Assembly: GCA_038060895.1 (NCBI GenBank)
Contig: JBBTCT010000024.1
Location: forward strand, 32,001-96,000
DNA: 64,000 nt
From: Planctomycetota bacterium
Lineage (GTDB): Bacteria > Planctomycetota > MHYJ01 > WSZJ01
Reading direction: 5' to 3'
Positions 9,119 to 19,218 of the stretch are shown piece after piece. Positions within the stretch are counted from its first letter, which is position 1. Each line of letters opens with the position of its first letter. The translations under genes and the position numbers were made by a program. The notes beneath the pieces are model-generated. The model ran no database searches. It was not told where the DNA came from and saw only the letters and a list, made by a program, of their open reading frames with translations.

Positions 9119-10219
9119 CTACCCCCAGCTCTCAACCTGCTTCAACGCCTCGACCAGCGACGCCCCCGTCTTCGCGCGCAACAAGTTAACGGCCTTCAGC
9201 TTGTCTCCGCGCTTGATCAGCTCGCCGACTTCGTGCCGATACTCGAAGCGGTCGCCGGGCTCGTACGACAGGTTGGCCGCCGCGGCCGTCTCTCGCTGCG
9301 GCGCCGGCCCGAAGGGCGGCACGCGCTGCTGCATCTCCATCACGACCTCGGGCTGGTACGTGGCCGTCGGCGCGCCCGTCGGCACGGGGACGTAGGGCGG
9401 CGGCGCGGGACGCTCGACCGTGCGTCCGCGCAAGTTCTCCGGCGGCTGCTCGGGTTCGGGAAGCTTGATGACGGGATCCATCGAAGTGGGGCGGTCGATG
9501 CCCGAAGAACGCATGTTGATGGGCGCGGGCGCCGGAGCCGGCGGGGGCGCGGGGCGGACCGCAGGAATCTCGGAGACGCGCGCGTCGCTGCTCATCCAGC
9601 CCGACGGCGCCGCGGCCGGCTTCGGCGCCGCCTGCACCGGCGACGGCGTTGCTGCCGGCGTCGCAGTCCCCGTGCTCGCTTCACGCACCCCCGGCGCAAT
9701 CGAGACCAGCCCCTGGTACTTCGCCGGAACTTTCCCCGCCGCGACTCCCGCCGTCAGCGACATGCGCGCCGTCGTCTTCGAGGCCGCATCCCCCGACTGC
9801 AGGATCTGCGCCAGCACTTCGCACAGCGCGTTCGACATCGCCAGCGACACCTTCGGCTTCATCAGCCGCGCCCCGATCACCGCCACCGGCGCCCGCTTCG
9901 CCAGCGCCGGCGTCGCCAGTGCGCGCACGCAGTGGATCATCGAAACCGGGTCTTCCTTCTTCAGCTCCTCGACCACCGCGCCGGCCGCGGGCTCGCCGAT
10001 CGCCGAAAGCGCCATCGAACACCGCTCCGCGATCGTGATCATCCGCTCGCTGCCGTCCGTCATCTTCACGTTCACGCCGTCGATGTCCCTGAGAAGCGGC
10101 ACGAGCTTGGGAACCGCCGGGGCCGCCGCGGGGCCCATCTTGTAAAGGGCGGTGATGGCCTTGAAGCGGACCTCGGGGTCGGTGGAATCAAGGTCGGGGA
10201 CGATGTCGATGAGGCCCAT
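9119..10219 (-). CDS. HEAT-repeat protein with Pro-rich linker and ribosomal L7/L12 C-terminal-like motif
   Basis: N-terminal HEAT repeats (VRFKAITAL…AVPKLVPLL); C-terminal KLKAVNLLRAKTGASLVEALKQVE. Confidence 0.6.
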   Translation of the reverse strand: MGLIDIVPDLDSTDPEVRFKAITALYKMGPAAAPAVPKLVPLLRDIDGVNVKMTDGSERMITIAERCSMALSAIGEPAAGAVVEELKKEDPVSMIHCVRALATPALAKRAPVAVIGARLMKPKVSLAMSNALCEVLAQILQSGDAASKTTARMSLTAGVAAGKVPAKYQGLVSIAPGVREASTGTATPAATPSPVQAAPKPAAAPSGWMSSDARVSEIPAVRPAPPPAPAPAPINMRSSGIDRPTSMDPVIKLPEPEQPPENLRGRTVERPAPPPYVPVPTGAPTATYQPEVVMEMQQRVPPFGPAPQRETAAAANLSYEPGDRFEYRHEVGELIKRGDKLKAVNLLRAKTGASLVEALKQVESWG

Positions 10220-10308
10220 GAGCGGTTCCCTTGAAGTGAAGCGGGGATTCTACGGCAGGAGTCGTCGCGACGAAAGGAAGTTGGGCCGCAGGGTCTATAA
10301 TCCCGTCG

Positions 10309-11190
10309 ATGTCGAGCGAAGACCCCACGAGGACGCAGCTGGTCAGCGCATTTCTGACGAAGCTGCTGGACGACACCGGGTACCTGGTGCGCCTTTACCC
10401 CGTCGCGGTCGGCGAAGGCGTGATCGCGATGCCGCGTGGCGGCGCGCTGATCGGGCGCGACGCGGAGTGCGGGGTCGTCCTCGAGGACACCGATGTGTCG
10501 CGCCGCCACGCGTCGATCGAACTCAAGGACGACGCTTACATCCTCAAGGATCTCGGGAGCCGGAACGGGACGACCGTGAACGACCACCGGGTGACGGAAG
10601 CGCCGCTGCAGTCGGGCGATCGGATCGGGATCGGCCGCGTCATCCTGAAATTCATGCGCGGTTACGACGTCGAGAAGCAGTACCACGAGACGATCTACGC
10701 GATGACGATCCAGGACGCGCTTACGGGGATTCCCAACCGGCGCTATCTCATGGAAGCGCTTCGCCGCGAGCTTGTCCGCGCGCACCGGCACCGGCGCCCG
10801 CTGTCGATCGCGATGATCGACATCGATCACTTCAAGAAGGTCAACGACCGCTACGGCCACTTTTCAGGCGACGCCGTGCTGCGCGAAGCCTGCGTTCGCT
10901 TCCGTGCTTCCGTCCGCGCCGACGAGGTCATCGCGCGTTACGGGGGGGAAGAGTTCGTGCTGGTCCTGCCGGAAGCGACGCCCGAGCAGGCGAGAGAGAT
11001 GGCGGAGCGGCTGCGGGCGCTGGCCGCGGCGAAACCGGTGGCGGTGAATGCGGTTTCGATCCCGGTGACGGTGAGCATCGGGCTGGCGTACACGCAGGGT
11101 GAGGACGTCACGGCGGAGGAATTGATTTCGCGCGCGGACAAGAAGCTGTACGACGCGAAGACGACGGGGCGGAACAGGGTGTGCGGGTAA
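10309..11190 (+). CDS. FHA-GGDEF diguanylate cyclase
   Basis: FHA motifs IGR, VSRRHA, DLGSRNGT; DALTGIPNR, DIDHFKKVND, GGEEF; the I-site reads RADE instead of RxxD. Confidence 0.93.
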   Translation: MSSEDPTRTQLVSAFLTKLLDDTGYLVRLYPVAVGEGVIAMPRGGALIGRDAECGVVLEDTDVSRRHASIELKDDAYILKDLGSRNGTTVNDHRVTEAPLQSGDRIGIGRVILKFMRGYDVEKQYHETIYAMTIQDALTGIPNRRYLMEALRRELVRAHRHRRPLSIAMIDIDHFKKVNDRYGHFSGDAVLREACVRFRASVRADEVIARYGGEEFVLVLPEATPEQAREMAERLRALAAAKPVAVNAVSIPVTVSIGLAYTQGEDVTAEELISRADKKLYDAKTTGRNRVCG

Positions 11191-11241
11191 TTCAAATACT
11201 TAATTTATAATTACTAATTTATAATTATAAATTATGAATTA
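11188..11241. repeat. AT-rich heptamer tandem array between convergent genes
   Basis: TTCAAAT-ACTTAAT-TTATAAT-TACTAAT-TTATAAT-TATAAAT-TATGAAT; 4 G/C in 49 nt; ends are inversely complementary. Confidence 0.85.
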
Positions 11242-12255
11242 GACGTTCAAGTTGCGAAACGCCTGCACCGCACCCGCGACCGCGTCTTTCCCCACGTCGT
11301 TGTGCGTGATGAGCCGGACGCGCGCGGCGTCCGCGGGCGTCGCGAGGATGCCGGCTTTTTTTAACTGCGCGATCACGAAATCGCTGGTCTTGCCCGTCTC
11401 GCGCACGTCGATAATCACGATGTTGGTTTCGGGGGGATCGGCCTTGAAGCGCGTGCCCTGCAGGCCTGCCGCCAGGGTGCGAGCGTTCTCGTGGTCCTCG
11501 GCGAGACGATCAACCATGGTCATGACGCCGACGAGCCCGGCCGCCGCGAGCACGCCGGACTGGCGCATCCCGCCGCCGAGGAGTTTGCGCCACTTGCGCG
11601 CCTTCTCGATGAAATCCGCCGGGCCGCAAAGCACGCTCCCCGCCGGACCCGCAAGCCCCTTCGAGAGGGACAGCATCACGCTGTCGGCATACTGCGCGAT
11701 CTCGAACGGCTCGACCTTCTGCGCGACGGCCGCGTTCCAGAGGCGGGCGCCGTCGAGGTGAAGCGAAAGTCCATTCTCCGTGGTGAATGCGCGGATTTCC
11801 TTCAGCACGGCGGCCGGGTAGCACGTCCCGCCGGTCATGTTCGTCGTGTTCTCGATGCAGACGAGCGACGGGGCGCTGAAGTAGTACGTCTTCGGCCGCA
11901 GTTCCCGCGCCAGCGCCGGGACGCGGATGATCCCTCGCTCCCCTTCGACGACCCGCGGCAGCACGCCCGCCACAACCGCGAACGCGGCCATCTCGTAGTT
12001 CATGATGTGCGACCGGCGCTCCAGCAGGATCTCGTCGCCCGGCTCCGTCCAGCACTTGATCGCCACCTGGTTCGCCATCGTGCCGGTCGGGAAAAACAGC
12101 CCCGCTTCCTTCTTCACCTTCCACGCCACGACTTCCTGCAGCTTGTTGACCGTCGGGTCCTCGCCGAACACGTCGTCCCCGACTTCGGCCTTCGCCATCG
12201 CCTCGCGCATCGCGGGCGTCGGTTTCGTCACGGTGTCGCTTCGGAAGTCGAACAT
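11239..12255 (-). CDS. ltaE: Low-specificity L-threonine aldolase
   Basis: DFRSDTVTKPT, GDDVFGEDPTV, GTMANQ, HLDGARLWNA, LSKGL. Confidence 0.93.
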   Translation of the reverse strand: MFDFRSDTVTKPTPAMREAMAKAEVGDDVFGEDPTVNKLQEVVAWKVKKEAGLFFPTGTMANQVAIKCWTEPGDEILLERRSHIMNYEMAAFAVVAGVLPRVVEGERGIIRVPALARELRPKTYYFSAPSLVCIENTTNMTGGTCYPAAVLKEIRAFTTENGLSLHLDGARLWNAAVAQKVEPFEIAQYADSVMLSLSKGLAGPAGSVLCGPADFIEKARKWRKLLGGGMRQSGVLAAAGLVGVMTMVDRLAEDHENARTLAAGLQGTRFKADPPETNIVIIDVRETGKTSDFVIAQLKKAGILATPADAARVRLITHNDVGKDAVAGAVQAFRNLNV

Positions 12256-12359
12256 GGGAGGGTCCCCTGAAGAGCTCTCTGCGAGAGGTTAGGTCCGCGC
12301 CCTGCGCCTGTGAACGAATCTCGCCGAACCTCCAGCGGGCCGCGTCGTTAAACTGAGCC

Positions 12360-13526
12360 ATGAGAATCCTCTTCCTGTTCCTCGCCGTTTCCGTCGCCTC
12401 CGCCGACGACCTCGACGACCGCATCCGCGCCGCGCAGGCCCAGCTCGAATCGGACGACTCCGCGGTCAGGGACAAGGGAGAAGCGGACCTGGTCGCGCTC
12501 GCTTCGGAAGCAGGGGCTCGGCTCAAGCCGCTTCTCGACCACCCCGACGCCGAGGTCCGCGCCCGCGTGTCGCGCGCGCTCGACCGCGCCGGGATCATTC
12601 CCGAGGAAGGCAAGACGGCGCTCCTCCGCGAACTTTTCGAAGTCCTGGCAAAGGCGGGAACGCCGGACGAAGCGCGCCTCGGGACGGTGCGCGACATTCT
12701 TGAACTTCACCCGCGGACCGCCGCGTTCATTTCGCGCGAGCTCGCCGAAGGAAAGCTGACGTGGGATTCCGACAGGACGCGCGTCGTCCCGCCGGGCCGC
12801 GTCGCGGTCGAATTCGAGGCCACGAACGAAGGAGACTGCGCCGCCTGGGTCCGCCCTTCGCGCTGGTACGTCCTCCCTCGCTTCAAGCAGTTCGGCGAGC
12901 GCCCCGGCCGCATGTCGCTTTACTCCGGCGCCGCGGGCGGCCTTGTGGGCCTGCTGCACCGCGACCGGAGTGCCGAGGACTCGATGGTGCTCGCGCTCGC
13001 TTCGATGGTCCGCGTCCCGCCCAAGGGGCGGCAAGGGGTTGTTTCCGGTGCCATCGTCGAAACGCGCTGCGGCTCCATGACATTCCAGGCCCAGGCGATG
13101 GGGTACTCGCCCCGCGCCTTTGAAGCGACGTTCTCAGGAACAGTGCTCAGGCTTCCGGAAGCCGATCCGGGGACCTCCATCTCGGCCGTACGAATCCTGC
13201 TCCAGGAAAAGACCGGCAGGGTGTTCCGGGCATCGTCCTGGGAAAAAGACGGCTCGAGAGGACTGGATGTGACGCCGCTGGAGGACGCGCCGGCGCTGAA
13301 GCTCGACAATTTCGACCCGTTCTGGTGGGTGGCGATGGACGAGAAGGGCGAGTTCCTGGACGAAGGCGCCTTTTCGACCGAGGCGGCAGACCTGGCCGCG
13401 TGGAAGAAAAATGAGGCCCGCCGGGTCAAGATGCGCGGCGGCCCTCCGGCGGGGACGAAGACGCTCTGGATGGGCTTCAGCGGCGGAGGCGACGAGTGCG
13501 TGCCGGCACCGGTGGAGCTGAAGTAG
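12360..13526 (+). CDS. Secreted hypothetical protein with N-terminal HEAT-like repeat
   Basis: Signal peptide (VASA-DD); LLDHPDAEVRARV; GC3-rich codon usage. Confidence 0.65.
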   Translation: MRILFLFLAVSVASADDLDDRIRAAQAQLESDDSAVRDKGEADLVALASEAGARLKPLLDHPDAEVRARVSRALDRAGIIPEEGKTALLRELFEVLAKAGTPDEARLGTVRDILELHPRTAAFISRELAEGKLTWDSDRTRVVPPGRVAVEFEATNEGDCAAWVRPSRWYVLPRFKQFGERPGRMSLYSGAAGGLVGLLHRDRSAEDSMVLALASMVRVPPKGRQGVVSGAIVETRCGSMTFQAQAMGYSPRAFEATFSGTVLRLPEADPGTSISAVRILLQEKTGRVFRASSWEKDGSRGLDVTPLEDAPALKLDNFDPFWWVAMDEKGEFLDEGAFSTEAADLAAWKKNEARRVKMRGGPPAGTKTLWMGFSGGGDECVPAPVELK

Positions 13527-14360
13527 CTATCGCGGTGACCAGCGGCCGGACGCGAGCATCCCGGCGATCAGCCCGGCGAGCGCAAGCCGGTACGCGATAA
13601 ATCCCCAGGAAGTCCGGGTGCGGAAGAAGCGGAGCAGCGCGCCGATCGCAAGGTAGCCGGAAACGCCGGCGACCGCCGAGGCCACGGCCAGCATGCCGAG
13701 GTCGGAGCGGGGCAGCAATTCGAGCGCCTCGTGCAATTCGAGCACCCCCGCCGCGCCGACCGCGGGGATCGAGAGCAGGAAGGAGAGACGCGCGGCGGCT
13801 TCGCGAGTGAGGCCGGCGAAGAGCCCTCCCGCCAGGGTCGTCCCCGACCGCGACGAGCCGGGAATCAGCGCGAACACTTGAAACAAACCAAGCGTCCAGG
13901 CATCGCGCCAGGTCGCCGCTTCCTGCGAGCGCTCGCGCTTCCCCAACCGCTCCGCGATCCCGAGGATCACGGACCAGGCCGCGAGCGCGGCGGCGATGAG
14001 GCGGAGGTCCTTGGTCCATGGACCCTCGATCGTCTTTTTGAACAGGAGGCCCAGGATGACGATGGGAATGGTGCCGGCGACCATGAATCCGAGCAGCCGG
14101 AGGGACTCGCGGCTTTCGGGCGCGCGAGGGCGGGTGCAGGCGCGGGCGATGCCGAAGAGGTCCTTGGCGAAGAACGCGAGGACGGCCGCGAGGGTGCCGA
14201 GTTGGACGACGGCGACGATCGCGGTGACCTGTTCGGGGGTATAGCGGGACGCCAACCCGAGCCAGCGCGTCGCGAAGACGAGGTGGGCGGTCGAGGAGAC
14301 GGGGAGGAACTCGGTGAGGCCTTGAACGAGGCCGAGGATGAGGGCGTCGAGGGGTGACAC
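13527..14360 (-). CDS. uppP: Undecaprenyl-diphosphate phosphatase
   Basis: QGLTEFLPVSSTAH, ALIPGSSRSGTT, SFLLSIP. Confidence 0.95.
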   Translation of the reverse strand: MSPLDALILGLVQGLTEFLPVSSTAHLVFATRWLGLASRYTPEQVTAIVAVVQLGTLAAVLAFFAKDLFGIARACTRPRAPESRESLRLLGFMVAGTIPIVILGLLFKKTIEGPWTKDLRLIAAALAAWSVILGIAERLGKRERSQEAATWRDAWTLGLFQVFALIPGSSRSGTTLAGGLFAGLTREAAARLSFLLSIPAVGAAGVLELHEALELLPRSDLGMLAVASAVAGVSGYLAIGALLRFFRTRTSWGFIAYRLALAGLIAGMLASGRWSPR

Positions 14361-14398
14361 GTACTTTTCTTATCGGCGGGAGGGGGTGGGGAACCGTT

Positions 14399-14610
14399 GT
14401 GAGGGTCGAGTGCGAGGGAAAACAGAAACTTCAATTTCAACTTCAACTTTCGATTTTCAAGCAAGAGTCGAACTACAAGACGACAACTTCAATTCCCCCG
14501 AACATCGCAGGAACTTGAAGTTGTCGTCTTGTAGTTCGACTCTTGCTTGAGAATTGAAAGTTGAAGTTGAAGTTTTCCCTTTTCCCTCACGAGCGCACCC
14601 CAACCCTCAC
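14399..14610. repeat. Long intergenic inverted repeat with 36-bp perfect inner arms
   Basis: 14457-14492 is the exact reverse complement of 14515-14550; 22-nt loop; outer imperfect arms of (C/T)TTCAA hexamers. Confidence 0.92.
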
Positions 14611-17387
14611 TTCTCTCCAAGCTTGTACACCACGACATCATCAAACCCCACTCCCTTATCCCACGTCATAAACCCCAGAAAATTCGACTTGTCCACCTGC
14701 GGCATCGAAACGTCGTCAAACACCTTCACTCCGTCAAACGTCACCGAAATCCTTTCTTTGAACCGCACCAGCGTCATCGTGTGCTCCTTCGCCGCCGGAA
14801 AAACAATCCCCGGCACGTCGTAGAGCACATGGTCGTAGCGCCACAGGATCGCCCGGCATCCTTCCCCGTCCGGGTGGAACACGATCGTCGTCCCCGACTG
14901 CCCGTCGTTCTGCCCTTCGCCGTCGAGCGTGATCCCGAACTTCGGCCGGCCGTCGTTCACGTGCACCAGCTTCAGCTCGATCGCCAGGTCCTTCGCGCCC
15001 TTCAGCGTCGTGTCCTTCACCCAGATGCACTGCGCCGGCGCATCCTTCTCCCTCCCCGGCGTCACCAGGAACTTCATCCACCCCATGTTCCGCTTGTCGT
15101 CGGTCCCCCACAGCGCCTTGTTCGTGACCTTCCAACCGCCGCACGGGACCTGGTACTTCCGCTCCGACCCCGCCGCGTTGAAGTCGTCCCGCCAGACCGG
15201 ATCCGCCTTGCCGGGCTTGCGCCCCGTCAGCATCGGCGTCTCCTTCGGCTCGTGCGACATCTCCATCCCCGCAATCGCCACCCCCTTGCGGTCCGTGATC
15301 CGCCCCACGAATCCCATCTCTCCGTTGCCGTTGCGGATCTTCAGCAGCACCCGGTTCCACCCAGCGCGCAGCCGGATGTTCACGCGGTCCTCGTCGAACA
15401 TCACCCCGCGCCATTCGTCGAACTTGTCGATCAGCTCCCCCTTCACCCACGCCCCCCACCCATCGTTGCTCCCCGCAAACAGCCACGCGTCCGTGTCCCC
15501 AGGCACCTTCACGTTCACCAGCCCGTAACACACGATCCCATCCATGTACGGGAACTCGAACTTCACGATCCCATCGAAGCGGATCTTCGGGTCGAACCAC
15601 GTCGCCTTCGCCATCGGGTTCGCGTATTCCTTCGCGTAGTCGATCTCGCGCTCGGGGCCGAAAATGTCGAAGAGCCCGTTGACCTTCGAATAGAACGGCC
15701 CGCAGCACTTCCATTCCATCACCAGCCCCAGGTCCTTTCGGATCTGCTCCGCGCCCTTGCCGCCCGACTTGTCCAGCGCTTCCAGCGCCAGCCGCCGCGC
15801 GCGCGCCGCGAGATGGTGCTCGGGATACTTCATCCAGAGGTTTTCGCACTTGAGGAACGTCTCGTCCACGTCCCCGCGCGCCCACTGGTTGGTCGCGTCG
15901 CGCCAGAGATCCGCAAGCTCGTCCTTCTCGATCTTCGTCAGGCTCTCGTCGTCCTCGATCACCGGCCACCCGAACGATTTCAGGTCCTTCCACACCGCCG
16001 TCCCGAACACTTCCGACAGGCACCGCCCGAAGACGCGCGCCTTCTCGACCGTCTCGCCGGGCGGAAGAGGGTGCGCGCGCCAGAGCCGGAACCACTTGCG
16101 GTACATCGACCAGTCCCAGACGCCGTCGGCGCCCTTGCCGTACTTGTCCACGAAGTGCAGCCAGAACCCGCACGACGGCCCGTAATTCTGGATCCGGAAG
16201 AAGTCCTCGTCGCGCCCGAGAAAGTCCCGGTGGAACGCCTCGAGATTCGACTTGAACGACCCCTCCCCCGCCGCCTTCTGCCCGAGCGAGCACTGCGCCA
16301 TCGTCGCCCCGAAATTCGCGACGCCCTCGACGAACCCCGTCCAGATCATCGCGGTGTCGAAGAGGCAGTGGCACAGCTCGTGAAAGTACAGGAAGTTCGA
16401 GACCGTGATGTCCTTCTGCTTCGGGTTGATGCTCCCCGCACGGATCGTCTTCCCGCCCCCGGTGGCCCCGCCGAAATTCCATAGCTCCTTGAAGAACACC
16501 GTGATCCGCTGCCCGTCGTCGTCCGGCTGCCGCGCGATCATGTCCGTGATGAAGATGTACGCGACGTCCAGCTCCAGCATCGACTGCTCCGGAATCCGCG
16601 GCACGAACCCCTTGTCGCCGATGAAGATGAAGTGGTGCGACTCGCGCGTGACCAGGTCGCTGAACACCCTGTGGTTCACCGCGTCGTTGAACGCCTTCGT
16701 CTCCTCGGGCGACACCAGTTCCAGCACTTCCTTCTCCAGCGCGTCCATCCTCTCCCGAAGCTCCTCCAGCGCCTTCGCATCCCCCGCGCCGCCCGCTCCG
16801 TAAAACGCGTCCTTGTACAGCTCCAGCGCCATGTGCTTCTTCCCGCGCTTCTCAGCATCCTTACCCGCCTCCGCCCACTTGCTCTTCGGAAACGACTTCT
16901 TCAGCTTCTCGACCTCGTCCTTGTCTTCCTTCGGCAGCAGCTCCCGGATGATCCGCGCTTCGAGTTCCCGCAGCGCGTTCTTCTGCCCGTCCGTCCCGCC
17001 CCCGCCGTCTTCCATGATCCGCTTGCGGAAAAGCCGCACGCCGCGAAGCTGCCGGTTCCCCGCAAGCTGGTCCATCACGTCGCCGTAGTACCGGTGCCTT
17101 TCCTCGAGGATCTCGGAAGCGACCTGTGCTTTTTCGCCGTCGTTCTGCGGCCGCGCGGCGGTCGGTCCCATCTTCAGCATCTCTTCGCGCGCTGCGAACT
17201 TGTGCGGCTGGTCCACCGAGTTGCGGATGACTTCTTCGAGGAGCGCAAAGGCCTCGGGCTTGCGCCCGGTCGCGGCCATCTCGCGGGCTTCGGTGAGCTT
17301 CGCGTCGAGCTCGGCAGGGGGGAGGTCGGCGGAGAGTGTTGAGGCGGCCGCCAGGACCCATATGCACGAGTGAAGCAGGTGTCGCAT
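14607..17387 (-). CDS. Secreted multidomain protein: helical/TPR-like region, gluzincin metallopeptidase-like domain, beta-sandwich and ConA-like domains
   Basis: Signal peptide; HELCH followed by GFVEGVA; WKCCGPF…GSNDG…LRAGWNRVLLK jelly-roll; C-terminal DDF…FDDVVVY domain. Confidence 0.65.
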   Translation of the reverse strand: MRHLLHSCIWVLAAASTLSADLPPAELDAKLTEAREMAATGRKPEAFALLEEVIRNSVDQPHKFAAREEMLKMGPTAARPQNDGEKAQVASEILEERHRYYGDVMDQLAGNRQLRGVRLFRKRIMEDGGGGTDGQKNALRELEARIIRELLPKEDKDEVEKLKKSFPKSKWAEAGKDAEKRGKKHMALELYKDAFYGAGGAGDAKALEELRERMDALEKEVLELVSPEETKAFNDAVNHRVFSDLVTRESHHFIFIGDKGFVPRIPEQSMLELDVAYIFITDMIARQPDDDGQRITVFFKELWNFGGATGGGKTIRAGSINPKQKDITVSNFLYFHELCHCLFDTAMIWTGFVEGVANFGATMAQCSLGQKAAGEGSFKSNLEAFHRDFLGRDEDFFRIQNYGPSCGFWLHFVDKYGKGADGVWDWSMYRKWFRLWRAHPLPPGETVEKARVFGRCLSEVFGTAVWKDLKSFGWPVIEDDESLTKIEKDELADLWRDATNQWARGDVDETFLKCENLWMKYPEHHLAARARRLALEALDKSGGKGAEQIRKDLGLVMEWKCCGPFYSKVNGLFDIFGPEREIDYAKEYANPMAKATWFDPKIRFDGIVKFEFPYMDGIVCYGLVNVKVPGDTDAWLFAGSNDGWGAWVKGELIDKFDEWRGVMFDEDRVNIRLRAGWNRVLLKIRNGNGEMGFVGRITDRKGVAIAGMEMSHEPKETPMLTGRKPGKADPVWRDDFNAAGSERKYQVPCGGWKVTNKALWGTDDKRNMGWMKFLVTPGREKDAPAQCIWVKDTTLKGAKDLAIELKLVHVNDGRPKFGITLDGEGQNDGQSGTTIVFHPDGEGCRAILWRYDHVLYDVPGIVFPAAKEHTMTLVRFKERISVTFDGVKVFDDVSMPQVDKSNFLGFMTWDKGVGFDDVVVYKLGEK

Positions 17388-17526
17388 CAGCAGAGGGTAA
17401 CTTGTGTCGATCGCTCGGAGAAAACGAAAGATCGAATCAGATGAGCCGACCTACTCGCGCGCAGGGCAAACGCCGATCACGCTCCAGCCGGCGCCCCATG
17501 TCAAGCGGTTGCAACAGCTTGAATCG

Positions 17527-18018
17527 TTACTTCTTGTTCTCCTTGGCGTACCAATCTGCAGCTTCCGCTCTCCAGTCCTCGAGATCGCGCTCCTTATCTG
17601 CGCTCCACCAAGATGACCAAGACCGATGGTATTTGATGTTAATGAACCCTGGGCTTCTCGGTGGAAAATTAAGCAGGGACTCGAGCATCCGTGAGCACTG
17701 CAATCCAACCGTGGGCTGATTCCAGATCGCCGGTGCTCCCATCATCTCCGAGCCGTCTTCCTCGAGATCACCAAAGGGTCTGGGATCCTCGGTACCTTCG
17801 ACCAGCATCTGGACAATTCTCTTGTCGCGATTGCCTCGGACATACCGAAGCATGAAATCGCAGAGGTTCTCGCGGTCTTCCGTTGGAGCCGACTGATCCG
17901 CCAGCATTTCGATCAGGGCTTCGTATCTATCGGGTTCCTTTGGAGCAGCGTTCTCAGGCGGGCAAGTACACCCCTGCAGGAGAGTTCCGAGCGCCAGAAT
18001 CTGAAGAACTCGAATCAC
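17527..18018 (-). CDS. Hypothetical lipoprotein
   Basis: Lipobox LLQG-C; GAGGGAG RBS; more A/T-ending codons than its neighbours. Confidence 0.6.
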   Translation of the reverse strand: MIRVLQILALGTLLQGCTCPPENAAPKEPDRYEALIEMLADQSAPTEDRENLCDFMLRYVRGNRDKRIVQMLVEGTEDPRPFGDLEEDGSEMMGAPAIWNQPTVGLQCSRMLESLLNFPPRSPGFINIKYHRSWSSWWSADKERDLEDWRAEAADWYAKENKK

Positions 18019-18059
18019 ATTTCACTCCCTCGTCATTTCAAGGCATGGCCGCTGCTTTT

Positions 18060-19019
18060 CTAGTCAACGCCATCCGCCCGCGTCACCATCCCGTCCCCGT
18101 TCGCATCGCACCGCCCGAACGCCCCGTCCGGGCCGTCGAACTCGTCGCGGGTGACCTTGCCGTCGCCGTTCAGGTCGTAGCGGGTCATGAAGGCGTTGGC
18201 CTTCTGGCGGAGGTCGCGGACGCGCGTGATGTACCTTTCGATCTCGTCCTTGTTGACCGTCGGGTCTTCCTTTTCGGGGCGGTAGCCGTTGATCTCGTTC
18301 CAGAGGCGGTCGTTGCCGTCAAACTCCTTGCGGACGAGTTCGCCGTCGCCGTTGGCGTCCATGCGGCGCAGGACGGACTCGGCGCTCGAGCCGGGGATGC
18401 CGCCCCACTTGCGGAGGATCGTCTCGATCAGCTCTTCCTTTGAGACCAGGTTGTCGTTGTTCCGGTCGAGCGCGTCGACGTACTCCTTCGAGAGGTCGAA
18501 CTCCCGGAGAGTGAGGCTCTTGTTGTGGTTCTCGTCGAGCTTGTCGAAGCTCTGCAGGTCCACGGCCTTTTCTTCGCCGCCCGGCGTGCGGTCGACGTAC
18601 TTGTACTCGTCTTCGTTCACGTAGCCGTCGCGGTTCTGGTCGCAGGAGTCGTGGATGTAGGACTCGAGCTCCTTCTTCGACAGGCGCCCGTCGGCGTTCG
18701 CGTCGTGCTCGCCGAAGTCGTCGAGGCCGCGGAAGTATTCTTTGCGCTTGGGCGCGTCCATCTCAGCTTTGGACTTGATCCCCTGCTCGACCTGGCGGAT
18801 TTCGACGGCGGTGACGCGGAGGTCGCCGTCGCCGTCGTAGCGCTTGAAGAATTCGGGGGAAGGCAGCTCGGATTTGGAGATCGCGCCGTCGTCGTTGGAG
18901 TCGTACTTCTTAAGGAAATTGAGCGCGATCTTGGCGGGGGAATCGCCTTCGGGCTTCATCTCCTGGGCCCAGAGTGGAGCGGTGAGGGTGAGGAGAAGGA
19001 AGAGCGTTGTGCGGCTCAT
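18060..19019 (-). CDS. Secreted multi-EF-hand calcium-binding protein
   Basis: Signal peptide; nine EF-hand-like loops (DSNDDGAISKSE, DANADGRLSKKE, DLNGDGKVTRDE and others). Confidence 0.88.
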   Translation of the reverse strand: MSRTTLFLLLTLTAPLWAQEMKPEGDSPAKIALNFLKKYDSNDDGAISKSELPSPEFFKRYDGDGDLRVTAVEIRQVEQGIKSKAEMDAPKRKEYFRGLDDFGEHDANADGRLSKKELESYIHDSCDQNRDGYVNEDEYKYVDRTPGGEEKAVDLQSFDKLDENHNKSLTLREFDLSKEYVDALDRNNDNLVSKEELIETILRKWGGIPGSSAESVLRRMDANGDGELVRKEFDGNDRLWNEINGYRPEKEDPTVNKDEIERYITRVRDLRQKANAFMTRYDLNGDGKVTRDEFDGPDGAFGRCDANGDGMVTRADGVD

Positions 19020-19043
19020 CGTGGGGCTCCTGGTCGTTGGCCT

Positions 19044-19218
19044 GGCTGTATCCGCGCCTTATCCGCGGCATCTGGCTTTATCCGCGAATTCCGTTGGGTC
19101 TTTTTTCTGAAAATCATTCCCGCTTGCACGACGGTCTGACTTACCTGCTGACTGAACGACGAAGACAAAGGAATTCGCGGATAAAGGCTGATGTCGCGGA
19201 AACGGCCGCGGATACGGC
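19044..19218. repeat. Intergenic palindromic element with TATCCGCG units
   Basis: GGCTGTATCCGCG…TATCCGCG…TTTATCCGCGAATTCC versus GGAATTCGCGGATAAA…CGCGGATACGGC; related to 62435-62612. Confidence 0.8.
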
